This document shows positions 26,592 through 41,084 of a stretch of 64,000 nucleotides of DNA, piece by piece. The notes beneath the pieces were generated by a model. The model was given only the letters and a program-made list of their open reading frames with translations, did no database searches and was not told the DNA's origin. Position numbers and translations under genes: made by a program. The first letter of the stretch is position 1, and each line of letters starts with the position of its first letter. This DNA is from Octopus vulgaris (Eukaryota): assembly GCA_951406725.2 (NCBI GenBank), contig OX597824.1:16058001-16122000 (forward strand), in the 5' to 3' direction.

Positions 26592-27033
26592 AAATATCGG
26601 AAGGATTAAAATGAATCAAAGGACATAATAAATATGTTTACCTGCTGGAAAAAGCAGTCAAAACTCCTATTTAAATCGCCAAAATACACTGATAATAACT
26701 ACAGAAATCAACCAATCACACTGGTGGCTGCTATGATTTCTGCACAAAACGAATCAATTGCAGTGCAGACTTCAACACGACGGTTTGGTGTTCTCCATCA
26801 TGGTAACACGCGCTGAAGAAGCTGAGGCTATTTGCCAGTGCAGAAACCGGTCCACGTGAGTCCAAATACTTGAATGTATGCTGAGAGATTCTCGTAGCCC
26901 GTTTGCCTTCGGACGGTTGATTTCTGTAGCTATCATCAGTGTATTTCGGCGATTTAGATAAGAATTTTGACCGTTATTTCCAGCAGGTAGACATATTTAG
27001 TATATCCTTTGATTAATTTTAATCCTTCAGGTA
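26592..27033. mobile_element. Fold-back element (~120-bp diverged arms) enclosing an HHR
   Basis: gaaggattaaaatgaatcaaagga...ctacagaaatcaacc (to 26713) versus ggttgatttctgtag...tcctttgattaattttaatccttc (from 26915). Confidence 0.8.
26807..26858 (+). ncRNA. Minimal type I hammerhead ribozyme motif
   Basis: cacgcg CTGAAGA agctgaggctatttgccagtgca GAAA ccgg TC cacgtg. Canonical core, palindromic stem III, GUC triplet, stem I 5 of 6 bp, irregular stem II. Confidence 0.65.
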
Positions 27034-27105
27034 TGTATATAAATATATATATGAAAAAACAAGTCAAAAATAGAAAATGCTAAGATAATTTTATAGTGAA
27101 TCTTT

Positions 27106-27143
27106 CAGTACCGGTTTCGGTCATGTTGAGACCTTTTCAACTG
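27106..27143 (-). ncRNA. HHR-like motif with variant core
   Basis: Minus strand: cag TTGAAAA ggtc-tcaacat-gacc GAAA ccgg TA ctg. All three stems are present; the C3-G8 pair is replaced by U-A. Confidence 0.55.
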
Positions 27144-27278
27144 TAACGATTAAATAATTAAATTTAGAAAAATTAGAAGAAAAGTTTTTTTAAAAGAATA
27201 TTTCTATAGTAGTGTTCAGATATAAGTAGCATTCTGCCTTTCTCTGACTCCCTTGTTTGCACTTGTGTGTTCGAGGTC

Positions 27279-27319
<41 letters not shown>

Positions 27320-27489
27320 TTTAAAATTCACTATATCGAAAGTAGGCACGTTTTGCTCTAAAAGATGGAACAAAACACCAATTTAGAAAAAAGATAATCT
27401 CACAGATACATATATGCTAACATACACATGCATACACTCACACATGTATACATACGTACATATATACCACAATACAGCTTTATATAGAC

Positions 27490-27866
27490 ATACATACATA
27501 TATACATACATACATACATACATGCATACATACATGCATACATACATACATACATGCATAAATACATACATGCATACATACATAAATACATACATACATA
27601 CTTACATACATATATACACACTTGCATACATACATACTTACATACATACATACATACATACATATATGCATACATATATACATACATACTTACATACATA
27701 CATAGTTACATACATTCATACATACATATATGCATGCATACATACATACATACATACATACATACATACATACATACATACATACATGCATACATAAATA
27801 CATTCATACATACATAAATACATGCATGCATACATACATACACACATACATACATACATACATACA

Positions 27867-27900
<34 letters not shown>

Positions 27901-28175
27901 CATACATACATACATATATACATACATAGAACCGTTTTTGACAAAATTCAAAACTCTTATGAATTTGTTAGCAACTAGCTTGAAATCAGCAGCGTGTGTG
28001 TATACGTGTGTGTGTGTGTGTGTGTGTGTCTAGGTGTAAGTATCCTTCGCGCTCTTTATTCTACATATATGCTTGTATATGTGTATGTATGTATGTATGT
28101 ATGTATGTATGTATGTATGTATGTATGTATGTATATATATATGTATGTTTGTATGTATGTATGTATGTACGTATG

Positions 28176-28206
<31 letters not shown>

Positions 28207-28255
28207 GTATGTATGTATGTATGAATGTATGTATGTATGTATGTTTGTATGTATG
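27490..28255. repeat. (ATAC)n array followed by the complementary (GTAT)n array
   Basis: 27490-27927 and 28075-28255. Confidence 0.95.
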
Positions 28256-29012
28256 TCTATAGCTCTCTCTATCTATATCTATCTATGTTGACATAAATAT
28301 TTACATTATACATACACACACATATACAGATATATATATACATATGTATACACACATATGCCCATATATCTATATAAATACAGGTATGTGTGTATGTGTG
28401 TGTATGTACACACAGATGTGTAGACATGCATAGATGTTTCGGTATACGTCACGGGTGTTACCACCATACAGCTTTATAAACAAGACAAAGAAAATAGGTT
28501 GGGAAGAAAATCTGATGTACATTCCTTTGACCAGTTCATTCCTTATAAACGGTCAGCGAAACATTAACAACACAGCGGTGGACTACATCTGATGTCTGAG
28601 ATCGGTAGGAAAGTATCGGTTTGTGGCACTCATCCTTAGTCCAGTTCACATATTTACAGACGAAGTGAGCTGTGTAAAGTAAATGATATTTCTCCGTAGT
28701 TCGAATATCTCAACATCAGATCTGTCACTTTCGTTTGACCACTCCGAAATAATCGAGAAATTCCTCTTTTTAAACAGCTTCTGCAGACATCTTCCGTCTG
28801 TCCACCTGATACTTGTTCACAGAAACTCACAACGAACACACACTGGCAGACAGACATATAAATGCGTACATACATACATACATACATACATACGTACATA
28901 ATACATACATACATACATAATACATACATACACACATACATACATTCGTATATAATTACATATCCACACACACTAACGCTAAGATATATACATATATGTT
29001 AACGTATATATC

Positions 29013-29062
<50 letters not shown>

Positions 29063-29547
29063 TATGTATATATACATACATACATAAACACACATATATA
29101 TATAGGAAGCATCTTATTTTATTTCTATATGAATAATATATAATCTAATGACTCCTTTTTTGTGCTAGGCCACTGGTAATAATAATTTACTATTACCCTA
29201 TTTTATTATATATATATATATACATATATATATGTATATATATATATTATATATACATATATACATATATATACACGCACATACACTCACTCATAGTTAA
29301 TCATGTACATGTATATGAAAATACACACGCACACAAACGCATATATATATATATAATATTTAGAATATTGTTTGTTATGGCCGGTGAGAGAGTGACCATT
29401 GGAGTTGCACCTATAATGCGCGAGACTTAAATAGCCGGAGACACATAACCTCTCTAGGACTAGAGGTAGGAATACGTTGATGGTCAATTAATTTTGTAAA
29501 TAACAATATACCGGAACGAAACACTACAATGTATCTATTTATGTAAA

Positions 29548-29636
29548 TATAGTGTATTTTGAAATAATGGCATGAAATTCAATACAAAAAAAAATTCCTC
29601 ACGAAGATATATATGTCTGAAATAGTATTGTATTAA

Positions 29637-29695
<59 letters not shown>

Positions 29696-29833
29696 TATGA
29701 AACATGACAGCTTAAAAATTTGTTAATTAATGCATCTTACGATAGTTTCACGAAAATATTGTCATTATAATATCTTCGTGAGGAATTTTTTTGACATTGA
29801 ATTTCATGCTATTATTTCAAAATACAGTATATA
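29548..29833. mobile_element. Fold-back element (~63-bp arms) with central (TA)n
   Basis: gtattttgaaataatggcatgaaattcaat...aattcctcacgaagata versus tatcttcgtgaggaatt...attgaatttcatgctattatttcaaaatac. Confidence 0.8.
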
Positions 29834-29865
29834 TAATCACTCGTATTAACGTCTAAATACTTTAT

Positions 29866-30252
29866 AGGCGTAGGAGTGGCTGTGTGGTAAGTAGCTTACT
29901 TACCAACCACATGGTTCTGGGTTCAGTCCCACTGCGTGGCACTTTGGGCAAGTGTCTTCTACTATAGCCCCGGGCCGACCAAAGCCTTGTGAGTGGATTT
30001 GGTAGACGGAGACTTAAAGAAGCTCGTCGTATGTATGCATACACACACAAAAAAAATACATACACACACACACACATATATATATAGTGTTTGTCCCCAA
30101 ACATCGGTTGACAACTGATGCTGGTGTATTTACGTCCCTGTAACTTAGCGGTTTGGCAAAAGAGACCGTTAGAATTAGTCCTGAGGTCCATTTGCTCGAC
30201 TAAAGGCGGTGCTCCAGCATGGCCACAGTCAAATGAGTGAAACGAGTAAAAG
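29866..30252 (+). mobile_element. SINE family A, near full length
   Basis: Head aggcgtaggagtggctgtgtggtaag, internal (CA)n/(TA)n, tail gaaacgagtaaaag. Confidence 0.92.
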
Positions 30253-31524
30253 TCGGTTCATATCACTCCAGCTCTATCATTTGATATGAACCTCGAAATT
30301 ACAAGTAAAAATCCATTTGATGGAAATTGTATTTCCATTTACACACTCTTGCTAACAAGCCTTGGATCGATCGGAGGCTATGTTAAAGTGAATTATACAA
30401 AACAAATACAGTGGAATCGAACCCGAGGCTTCATGATTGCGAAGCGAGCTTATTAAGCGCTTAGCACCACTGGCGATATTTTCATATTTGATAGTTTGTA
30501 CAACGTTCTGTATCTTTGAATAGTGGAAACTAGTGAACTTTTAACTCTTGTCAGTAAAATATTGTGTAATATCGTGTCAAACTTTCCTATCGGCAGCGAC
30601 GTGTATATTTCTCGTTTTAAAGCAGAAACATTTTAGAAGCACATTTAAATCTGTCTACAACAAAACCGCACACTCTCTCTTACACAAACACATACATAAA
30701 AACGTAAAGATATAAGTGTACATGCAAAAGTATTTCTATCAGACTTACGTACATTTCGTAGAGTTGGTTCAGTTTTAAGATAACACTAACCCGCTCCTTT
30801 ATCAAATGTAATACGGTTTTAATACTAAGAGCTGAAAACATCGTCGTCTTTGGAACCGACTAAAAGCTGTGGAAAGACCTGCTTTTGTCTTATAAAAACA
30901 AAAAGGAAAATTGAAAATAAGAGGAAGCTGCCAAGAAGAACGACAATCAATATACCGCTTGCCGAAAGAAAATGTGAATTAGACTCGAATGTTTGTCAAA
31001 GATGACACAATGTTGGAGTCCAATTATTTCTCGGATTGTTGACAGCTAAGTTATCCAGCAAAAGTGCAGGGCGATCCTTGCACTGGACTTCAGACAAATC
31101 AACAGAAAGCATCAAGAGAACGTTTTAAGAGGATATGATGGCTGGCCAGAGATTAGTTTGAGCTCTTGGGGGCAAATAGCGTTTAGATTATTTGATCTGA
31201 TCACTGTGGTAGACATGGGTCGTGGCGGTGATGATGGTGGTGGTGATGGTGGTGGTGGTGGTGGTGGTGGTGGTGGAAATATGGGGATAAGAGAAGGGAG
31301 AGAACAAGATCGAGGAGAAGCAATTTGAAAAACACACTCACGGATAATACATTCTACAAAGACACACGCGTACGCACACTAATCTATATATCCCTAATGA
31401 TGATGTGCAGCTATACAACCCATACACATGTATAGAAATATTCCTCTGCGTACGTACATAAGAACACACACATATATGTGTATATATATATATATGTTTG
31501 TATATATATATATATATATATATC

Positions 31525-31595
<71 letters not shown>

Positions 31596-32074
31596 GTATG
31601 TATATATGTGTGCGTGTGTAAGGAGGAATGGTCGTGGTAGGAGTGTATGGACAACTGTGTCATCGCACATGTACAGCGTTTGCCTGCGTATGTGTATTTA
31701 TCTATTCGTATGCATGAATATATTTTTGCGTGTTTAATAAGATTATAAACCACAAATTGAAACACAGATAAAAAAAAAATTGCATAATTATCTGTGTATA
31801 CACCACACAAAAGTGTATAGAAACAGCATCAGCAAAATTGACGTCCATTTTTGATCTTCTAGCCAACCCTCACCCACCCAAGAATGACTGGATGAGATTA
31901 CACCATCTACTAAAAACAGTAGTCGCATCTTCGTCAAATCAGACTTTACCATCGTAATAAAAGAGGGACACTGTAAAACAGTATTGATAATGATATCAGA
32001 CATTGAAACAATATCGCACATTTGTAACAAAGGAACGCAATTCGAAATTTACCGCCGTATATGACAGTTTCTTG

Positions 32075-32186
32075 ACCCAAGGTGGACCCAAGGTACTAAA
32101 GATAACGGAATTTGAACTTAGAACGTAACAGCAGACGAAATACGGCTACGCATTTCGCCCGGCGTGCTAACGTTTCTGCCAGCTCG
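32075..32186 (-). mobile_element. SINE B 5' fragment
   Basis: cggaatttgaacttagaacgta...cgtttctgccagctcg. Confidence 0.75.
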
Positions 32187-32550
32187 TCCCAAGGCTATTG
32201 CCATGTTTGCTTGGTCTCGAAGGAATTGTTATCATGCTGGTGGCAGGTAAGATTTGAACGCACAAAACAGGGACATAGTACGCAAACCATCACGTCCGTT
32301 GCACTAACAATATCGGGCCTGAAGTGGTACTTTATTTATGGACACCGAAAGAGAGGATGGCAAAGTGATCGACGAAGTATATGCTCATATGATAGTGATC
32401 CGGAAAAAATACGGCAATGCATTCTGTCCGATGTTATCAAGCTTTGCAGAATGTTGAGCGAGTTGATGGATGGATGGATGGATGGGTAGAAGACTTACAT
32501 CAGGTTAGCTTTCGTGCAAGGAGATGCATAATTGAAATGCATATACATCC

Positions 32551-32574
32551 ATGTGTGTGTGTGTGTGTGTGTGA

Positions 32575-32618
<44 letters not shown>

Positions 32619-33244
32619 ATGCCCGTGTCTACGTGTATGGGTACACTTGTGTGTGGATATTTATGTATTTTGTGTGTGCGCGTTTCGAAATACTATATAT
32701 GGAAATACACACATACATACATACATACATACATACACACACACATACATACATACACACTTACATACATACATACGTACATACATACATACATACTTAC
32801 ATACATACATACATACACACATATACGCGTACATACATATACACCTACATACATACATACATACATAAATACATACATACATACATATATACATACATTT
32901 ATGCAGGCATACATACATACACTCATATATGCGTACATGTATATACACCTACATACATACATACATACATACATACATACATACATACATGCATACATAT
33001 ATGCAGGCATACATACATAGATACATAGTTAAAACTAGATATCTATACACAGTTTTCTCACACCTACATACATATACATACATATATGCGTACATACATA
33101 CATATATACATACATACATACATACATACATACATACATACATACATACATACATACATACATACATAATACATACATACATACATAATAAATACATACA
33201 TACATACATACATACATACATACATACATACATACATACATACA

Positions 33245-33277
<33 letters not shown>
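32551..33277. repeat. (TG)n then (ATAC)n arrays
   Basis: Seen directly. Confidence 0.95.
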
Positions 33278-33279
<2 letters not shown>

Positions 33280-33764
33280 TGCAGTCGTACATCAAAACTT
33301 TCAGTATGGGATACACTTTAATAATCACATGATCGTCTTATTTGTAAGCATTGCTCAGGTTTTTCAGTGGACGCTTACATTCGTTTACACTTAGGAAGGT
33401 CCATCGCTTTGTCCATGCGTGCGTGTATATGTGTGCATGTGTGTGTGTGTATGCGTGTGTGTGCGTGCGTTCTGAGGCCTGTCTTCAGCGCTCGTGTCAG
33501 TGTCCGTTTTGGCGATTCTTTATCCTTCTCATATTTGAATTTCTGACAACGTATCAACATGTTCTGCTGTCAAAGTGAAAGGCAAATGTGTTATTTTGCA
33601 CTGAGGATGCTTGAGGAGAGGCATGATATGAAAATAGAATAGGTTTTTTTATGAAAGCTATGCTGGTGTGGTGTAAGTCATTCGTCTATTTAGCCATCTA
33701 TCTAGCCATCCATACATCTAACCGGCCACCCATATATCTACCTCGATATCAAGCTGTCGTGTCA

Positions 33765-33793
33765 ATATATACATACATACATACATACATAAC

Positions 33794-33832
<39 letters not shown>

Positions 33833-34104
33833 GTATGTATATATATATATACATATACATATATTTACCTATATGTATGTATATATACCTGTATGTATAT
33901 ATGTATATATATATATATGCATATATATATATGAATGTATATATATATATATATATGTATATATATGTATGCATATATATATGTATGTATGTATATATAT
34001 GTATGCATATATATATGAATGTATATATATGCATATATATGTATATATATGTATGTTTATATATATGTATATATGTATATATATGTATACATATATATAT
34101 ATGC

Positions 34105-34143
<39 letters not shown>

Positions 34144-34146
34144 CAT

Positions 34147-34177
<31 letters not shown>

Positions 34178-34380
34178 CATATATATATGAATGTATGTAT
34201 ATGCATATATATGTATATATATATGTATGTTTATATATATGTATATATGTATATATATGTATACATATATATATATGCATGTATATATATATATATATAT
34301 ATACATATATGTATACATACATATGTATACATACATAGAAAACATATATGTATGTGCGTGTATATATGTATATATATATA
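33765..34380. repeat. TA-rich microsatellite with an internal higher-order duplication (~170-bp period)
   Basis: Variant block gaatgt...gtatgtttatatatatgtatatatgtatatatgtatacat...gcatgt recurs at ~34017 and ~34189. Confidence 0.85.
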
Positions 34381-34919
34381 GGTCTGTATGCGTATATATA
34401 TTTATATATAGTATGATTATGTGTTTGTGTGTGAGGGTATGTGTGTGTGCACTTTAATGTAAGTGTTTGTGGGTGCTTCTCTTCTTGTGTGCGCGCGTAT
34501 CTATTTGTGAGTATGTGTGTGTGTGTGTGTGCATGTTTGCGTGTGCGTATGTACATGTTCGCTAGTGTGAAATTCATGTGTGCACGCGTATGTGCTTGTT
34601 TCGTGTGTGTATGTGTGTGTGTTTGTGTGTATGTGTGTGTTTGTGTGTATGTGTATATGTGGGAGCAACTAGCTACCTATATTCCCCGTTCATCTCACTG
34701 ACCGTGTAGAAGAAGCATTGTTTGACATAAACGTTGCGAGTTACAAAACAATGAAAGATGTCAAAGAGTAGGTATTTATGTCTTTTTCTGAATAACACGA
34801 TTTGTAGGAGTGGAAACTGATGCGGCAGTAAAACGTACATAATACGAGGTTTGTACCTAAAAAGGTTCTGAGATCGAATCTATGTCAAAGCATATCTGAT
34901 AAACCAAGTTTTCAGTTTA

Positions 34920-35155
34920 TTTTTACTCTCTCTACTTTTTACTATTTCATTTGTTTCAGTCAGTTGACTGCGGCCATACTGGAGCACCACCTTTAGTCGA
35001 GCAAATCGACCCCAGGACTTATTTTTTGTAAGCCTAGTACTTATTCTATCGGGACTCTTTTGTCGAACCGCTAAGTTACAGGGATGCCAGCATACCAGCA
35101 TCGGTTGTCAAGCGATGTTGGGGGGACAAACATAGACACACACACACACACACAT

Positions 35156-35209
<54 letters not shown>

Positions 35210-35377
35210 ACATATATACGACGGGCTTCTTTCAGTCTCCGTCTACCAAATCCACTCACAAGGCTTTAGTCGGCCCGAGGCTATAGTGGAAGACACTTTC
35301 CCCAGGTGCCACCCAGTGGGAATGAACCCGAACCATGTGGTTGGTAAGCAATCTACTTACCACACAGCCACTCCTGT
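34920..35377 (-). mobile_element. SINE family A, full length
   Basis: Matches other A copies end to end. Confidence 0.92.
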
Positions 35378-35756
35378 GCATTGACTTCTATTCAACATCT
35401 AAATCATTCTAATATTTTTTCTTCTTGATGTTGTTTTCCTGCCTTATGTCAACCCATCTGGAATAGAGTCTTGATCAAAAGCACTCCTGCCGTGACCACT
35501 TCGTCTGTTATGGAGTGTGTAGTGTTATTGTCGTTAATATGTTTTTCATTGTGATTTATTTATCGTGTTAGTCAGAATGGATGGCAGGACTCATGGTCCT
35601 TCCCCAAACCTAGGATAGCGAAATAAGGAGATTGGGTATAACTGTTTGGGCTCAGACAATGGGCACGCCTAACTGGACATTCAACCTGTTCTGGCGACAG
35701 TACATTTTGGCACTAGAGACCAACACGCATACGCACAGAAGCGCGAGCGCATACAC

Positions 35757-35798
<42 letters not shown>

Positions 35799-35807
35799 GT
35801 ACATAGG

Positions 35808-36062
35808 TGGAGGCGCAATGGCCCAGTGGTTAGGGCAGAGGACTCGCGGTCGGAGGATCGCGGTTTCGATTCCCAGACCGGGCGTTGTGTGTGTGTTTAT
35901 TGAGCGAAAACACCCAAATCTCCCCGAGGCTCCAGCGGTGGCGACCCCTGTCGTACTCTTTCGCCCCGACTTTCTCTCACTCTCTCTTCCTGTTTCTTGA
36001 GTAACGCTGCAGAAACCGGGAAGCCGGGCCCATGAGCCTGGCTAGGCTTGAAAAGGGCGCAT
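35808..36062 (+). mobile_element. SINE family C head and body with D-type tail
   Basis: tggaggcgcaatggcccagtggttagggcagaggactcgcggtcggaggatcgcggtttcgattccc (Pol III A/B boxes)...gagtaacgctgc...aaaagggcgcat. Confidence 0.88.
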
Positions 36063-36259
36063 AAAGAGATTAGGCAATTGTCAGTGTCGTTAGAATGTGG
36101 AGCTGACTATGTGGCGCAATTTTCCTTGACACTTTACACAGGGCGTTCAAATCCTGCCGAAAATAATTTTGATTTCCTTGTTTCAGGTCGAAAAATAAAG
36201 TAGCAACCAAGATCTGATGAAACCTCTTCTTTCAGCTGTGACATCCTTCCTGTTGCACC

Positions 36260-36685
36260 GGATCAAGGTTGGGAACGCTTAGAGGGGGACTATGCGAATA
36301 GACGACTGCACGGAGGCTTAAAGTAATTAGTAAAATAAATCGTACATACAGCGAAGCCGTCCTGCATTGTGATTCGTAGCGTATTTTCTTTCTGTTTTAA
36401 CATATAAAGATAATAGGTTTAACAGAAGGACGTAGAAAATCCTGTTGTGGGAAAGAGGCAACGGACATGAAGTGTTGGACAAAAGTCGTTAGGGTACCGC
36501 CAACAAGGACGGGGAAAGGAAAACGAGGAAGGGAACTGGACAGAGATGGTGTCACGAGATCGAATAATGCCGGATCATGGATGGATGGTTAACTAGTGAC
36601 ATCAAGCGTAAAAATGCAAAAAACTTGCAAGAGCGTATTGGAGCCTTCATCTACAAATGGATCGACGAGAAGAAGAAAAAGGAGG

Positions 36686-36690
<5 letters not shown>
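36260..36690 (+). mobile_element. Decayed RTE-clade LINE 3' end
   Basis: Broken peptides WTKVV, GERKRGR and GAFIYKWID match the RTE C-terminal pattern (WT...GKRxRGR...EAFxxxW); a (GAT)n tract follows immediately. Confidence 0.6.
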
Positions 36691-37580
<890 letters not shown>

Positions 37581-37671
37581 AATGTGGAGTAGCTGTAAGA
37601 GAAAGGAATGAAAAGATAAATTATTTCAGCAGATGAAACAGAATAAGGCGAAAAAAAGTTAGAGCCACAAG

Positions 37672-37948
<277 letters not shown>

Positions 37949-37950
37949 AG

Positions 37951-38198
37951 GGCGGCGAGCTGGCAGAATCGTTAGCACGCCGGGCGAAATGCGTAGCCGT
38001 ATTTCGTCTGCCGATACATTCTGAGTTCAAATTCCGCCGAGGTTGACTTTGCCTTTCATCCTTTCGGGGTCGATAAATTAAGTACCAGTTACGCACTGGG
38101 GGGGGGGGGGGGCGGGTCGATGTAATCGACTTAATCCGTTTGTCTGTCCTTGTTTGTCCCCTCTATGTTTAGCCTCTTGTGGGCAGTAAAGAAATAAG
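37951..38198 (+). mobile_element. SINE family B, full length, inserted in (TAG)n; internal G-run expansion
   Basis: ggcggcgagctggcagaatcgttagcacg...aaagaaataag; poly-G at 38098-38112. Confidence 0.92.
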
Positions 38199-38291
38199 TA
38201 GTAGTAGTAGTGGTAGCAGCAACAGCAGCAGCAGTAGTAGTAGTAGTAGTAGCAGTAGCAGCAGCAGCAGCAGCAGTAGTATTAGTAGTAT

Positions 38292-38324
<33 letters not shown>

Positions 38325-39142
38325 AAATGTACTGTGTTGAGATATTTGTGACTAAGTGCATATCTTTAGAAGTATTTTATGTAAAAGGATATATATTAGT
38401 ATACATCTGTGTAATTATGGTCGGATGTGTTGTGGCAGGATTTTTTAAGTTTATTTTTTCTTCAAAAAAATATTTTTCTCTTCTTTTTTTTTTTAGTCTT
38501 CTAAAGCCATTTGTAGAACCAGAAGCAGCTTTAGAAGTAACTAGATAGCTAGATGATCAATTCCTTTAATGAAAAACTTACACGACTGAATGTTGCCGGT
38601 CAATTGCCCAGATTCATATCGAAGATCGACTTACGGTTTCATTTTGGCTTCAAACCAGACACCATCTGTTTGTAATAACAAAAGCTAACTCAACACTCAA
38701 ACTTGTTCTTTCCCTTTGTTCATACGCTCTTTTACGTTTCTTTTTTTTTTTTTGTAAGTTCTATGATGGTGGTCATTGGATTAAAATAATAAAAAAAAAA
38801 ATTATCAGGATTGCTTTTATAATTATTCTCCATTAACATTTTGGATGTGTTAAGTGTGAAAGTGGTAATTTTGTTTAGGACTGGGGTGAGAGATGAGAAA
38901 GAAGAATATCATATTTTAATTGATAGAATTGCGGAAGAGGAGAGAAAAAAGTCCAGATGGGTATTAAGATCAGAAATACAGAAATTGTTAAGCAGATCAG
39001 AACAAAAATTGTATCTCAAACACGCACACACAAACACTCACATACAGTGATTGTATGTTCCCGTGATTAGATCCTGTACCGTTAGTTTTGGAAGTGAAGT
39101 TTCTGGTAAAGTGTCGTTGCGCAAAGTTTATGAAGAAATATA

Positions 39143-39343
39143 AGGCGGCGAGCTGGCAGAAACGTTAGCACGCCGGGCGAAATGCTTAGCAGTACTTCGT
39201 CTGCCGCTACGTTCTGAGTTCAAATTCCGCCGAAGTCGGCTTTGCCTTTCATCCTTTCGCGGTCGATTAAATAAGTACCAGTTACGCACTGGTGCCGATA
39301 TAATCGACTTAATCCGTTTGCCCCTTGTGGGTAGTAAAGAAAT
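39143..39343 (+). mobile_element. SINE family B with 18-bp TSD
   Basis: agtttatgaagaaatata at 39125-39142 and 39344-39361. Confidence 0.93.
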
Positions 39344-39364
39344 AGTTTATGAAGAAATATACAT

Positions 39365-39595
39365 ATTTCTTTACTACCCACAAGGGACTAAACACAGAGG
39401 GGACAAACAAGGACAGACAAACGGATTAAGTCGATTACATCGACCCCAGTGGGTAACTGGTACTTAATTTATCGACCCCGAAAGGATGAAAGGCAAAGTC
39501 GAACTCGGCGGAATTTGAACTCAGAACGTAGCGGCAGACGAAATACTGCAAAGCATTTCGCCCTGCGTGCTAACGATTCTGCCACTTCACCGCCT
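39365..39595 (-). mobile_element. SINE family B, opposite orientation, ~13-bp TSD
   Basis: tgaagaaatatac at 39350-39362 and 39600-39612. Confidence 0.92.
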
Positions 39596-40117
39596 TTATT
39601 GAAGAAATATACTTGTTTCGTGATTCAGTTAAAAACGAGAGAGATATTTCTTGAGAACGACAACGAAGTACTGCATTTCAAAGCTAATGACTGGACAACA
39701 ATGTTGAAAATTATGGCTGCCTGACTTATACTATCTTTGCTTTCCATGGGGCAAATGAGAGGCAGAACTTGGGGTGTAGTTTTGATGATCACATGCAAAG
39801 TTATATCCAGATGATTGGGTTTCTTGATTGGCCAAATTCGGACTTGACGAAGTAGAGAGAACTTGCTGAGTGCAAAGTTACAGAAAAGTTATGGGGAAAA
39901 AAATCTACAATCAGGGTGAAAAAGGCCAGTTCGGAAACCCGAGAGGCCGACTGCGGAATAACACCCAAGTTTATATATAAAGTTATTTGACAGAGCCATT
40001 TTTGCAGGATAGAAATTTGGATTTTTCTCCGTTAGCGATAAATTCGGGAAAAACCTCGAGGAACATAAATATGCACATACATACATACATACATACATAC
40101 ATACATACATACATACA

Positions 40118-40151
<34 letters not shown>

Positions 40152-40232
40152 AGTACATACATACATGCATACATACATGCATATATACATACATAGGTAC
40201 ACCAGCACGTACATGCATACATTCCACCAGGA

Positions 40233-40274
40233 CACCTGATGAAGGCTGGAGAGTACATCAGCCGAAACGTAGTG
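40233..40274 (+). ncRNA. Minimal type I HHR motif
   Basis: cac CTGATGA a ggctg-gagagtacat-cagcc GAAA cg TA gtg. 5-bp stem II, palindromic ACGU stem III (dimer type), 3-bp stem I; island between microsatellites. Confidence 0.6.
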
Positions 40275-40316
40275 CTAGCAAAAAACAAGGTGAGGACACC
40301 TATCTGCCCATTGCAT

Positions 40317-40385
<69 letters not shown>

Positions 40386-40525
40386 CATATACATATAGAC
40401 ACACGCATGTATACACACGTACATCTACATATACTCAAACAAATACATATATACACATATCTATATATGCAGACACACATATGTGCATACACACTCACAC
40501 ATATATATGTATAAACATGCAAATA

Positions 40526-40606
<81 letters not shown>

Positions 40607-40646
40607 CATTATTATTATTGTTGTTGTTATTATTATTATTATTATT

Positions 40647-40741
<95 letters not shown>

Positions 40742-40757
40742 TAATAATAACAATAAT
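40526..40757. repeat. Palindromic microsatellite: (TTA)n directly joined to (ATA)n
   Basis: Strand switch at 40650/40651. Confidence 0.95.
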
Positions 40758-40947
40758 CATACTTGTGACAATTAATCCATGAACCGTACAGACAAGTTTA
40801 AATAACTTAGGTGTTCACTTTTCTGCTATTTCTAGCAAAGCTGGTACTTTCCAGCACCATGTTATATATATACCGGAGTAAACTCATAAACGTGAAACAA
40901 GGTGGAAAAAAGAGTACTCAAATACCAGAGGTAGAGTAATATGCTTA

Positions 40948-41083
40948 ATTTAAAAGCAGCAGAAATTCAACAAAACCGGCTACACGTTCCCGTTCGTCGG
41001 ACAGTGTTAACAAAACTGTCCGACGAACGGGAACGTGAAACTCCGAGTAACAGCTTTTTGTTCAATTTCTGCTGCTTTTAAAT
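40948..41083. mobile_element. Fold-back element whose arms contain an HHR
   Basis: atttaaaagcagcagaaatt...cacgttcccgttcgtcggacagt versus actgtccgacgaacgggaacgtg...aatttctgctgcttttaaat, 9-nt spacer. Confidence 0.88.
41016..41053 (+). ncRNA. Type I HHR motif with CCGACGA core
   Basis: ctgt CCGACGA acg-ggaa-cgt GAAA ctc-c-gag TA acag. Stems I, II and III all pair; GUA triplet. Confidence 0.7.
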
Positions 41084-41084
41084 A

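Noticed and set aside
35808-35885. tRNA-like sequence with A and B boxes (also the heads of the other SINEs)
   Set aside because: It continues into SINE bodies and lacks a complete cloverleaf; these are SINE heads, not tRNA genes.
38098-38116. Poly-G run as a G-quadruplex element
   Set aside because: Simple expansion of the GGGG in SINE B, or a sequencing artefact.
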